Shown here: one piece after another, positions 63,980-64,000 of the stretch
How positions within the stretch are numbered: the first letter of the stretch is position 1
Layout: each line of letters starts with the position of its first letter
Assembly: GCA_964016885.1 (NCBI GenBank)
Contig: OZ024743.1
Span: forward strand, 62,496,001-62,560,000
Direction of reading: 5' to 3'
From: Eledone cirrhosa
Lineage: Eukaryota
Length of the DNA: 64,000 bases
Notes under the pieces: generated by a model
The model's database searches: none
Told to the model about the DNA's origin: nothing
Seen by the model: only the letters and a program-made list of their open reading frames with translations
Translations under genes and position numbers: made by a program

Positions 63980-64000
63980 TGCTGTAGTTGTAGTTGTTGT
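46751..64000. repeat. 45-bp minisatellite built from TAG/TTG trinucleotides (consensus ATAGTAGTCATTGCTGTAGTAGTAGTTGTTGTAGTTGTTGTTGTT), >17 kb, running off the window end
   Basis: CATTG recurs with modal 45-bp spacing (e.g. 50396, 50441). Unit-length variants differ by multiples of 3. Confidence 0.98.

Overview
AT-rich, repeat-saturated eukaryotic DNA with no recognisable host gene. The RTE 3' tails, tRNA-SINE and (TA)n density suggest an octopus or other cephalopod genome (inference). Main contents: (1) at 1-7733, about 16 near-identical ~476-bp units, each carrying a minimal type I hammerhead ribozyme (HHR), arranged as two divergent arms around a junction at ~3120; diverged relatives lie at 16.4-17.2 kb and 19.6-20.7 kb. 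(2) Many decayed Penelope-like elements (PLE; RT and GIY-YIG fragments) with at least five further, unrelated HHR sequences and repeated fold-back inversions. (3) Several decayed RTE LINEs whose RT contains a C4HC3 PHD-like finger. (4) A tRNA-derived SINE. (5) A non-coding LTR element with an extended tRNA-Trp primer-binding site. (6) A >17-kb 45-bp minisatellite with nested higher-order duplications, which reads as a 5752-aa poly-Thr ORF. The best candidate for an undescribed system is the HHR-bearing 476-bp retrozyme-like family. Its stem I covaries between subfamilies, three independent insertions share one 3' end fused to (TA)n, and one copy is truncated at the predicted self-cleavage site. 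All structures were read by eye; no searches or folding programs were run.
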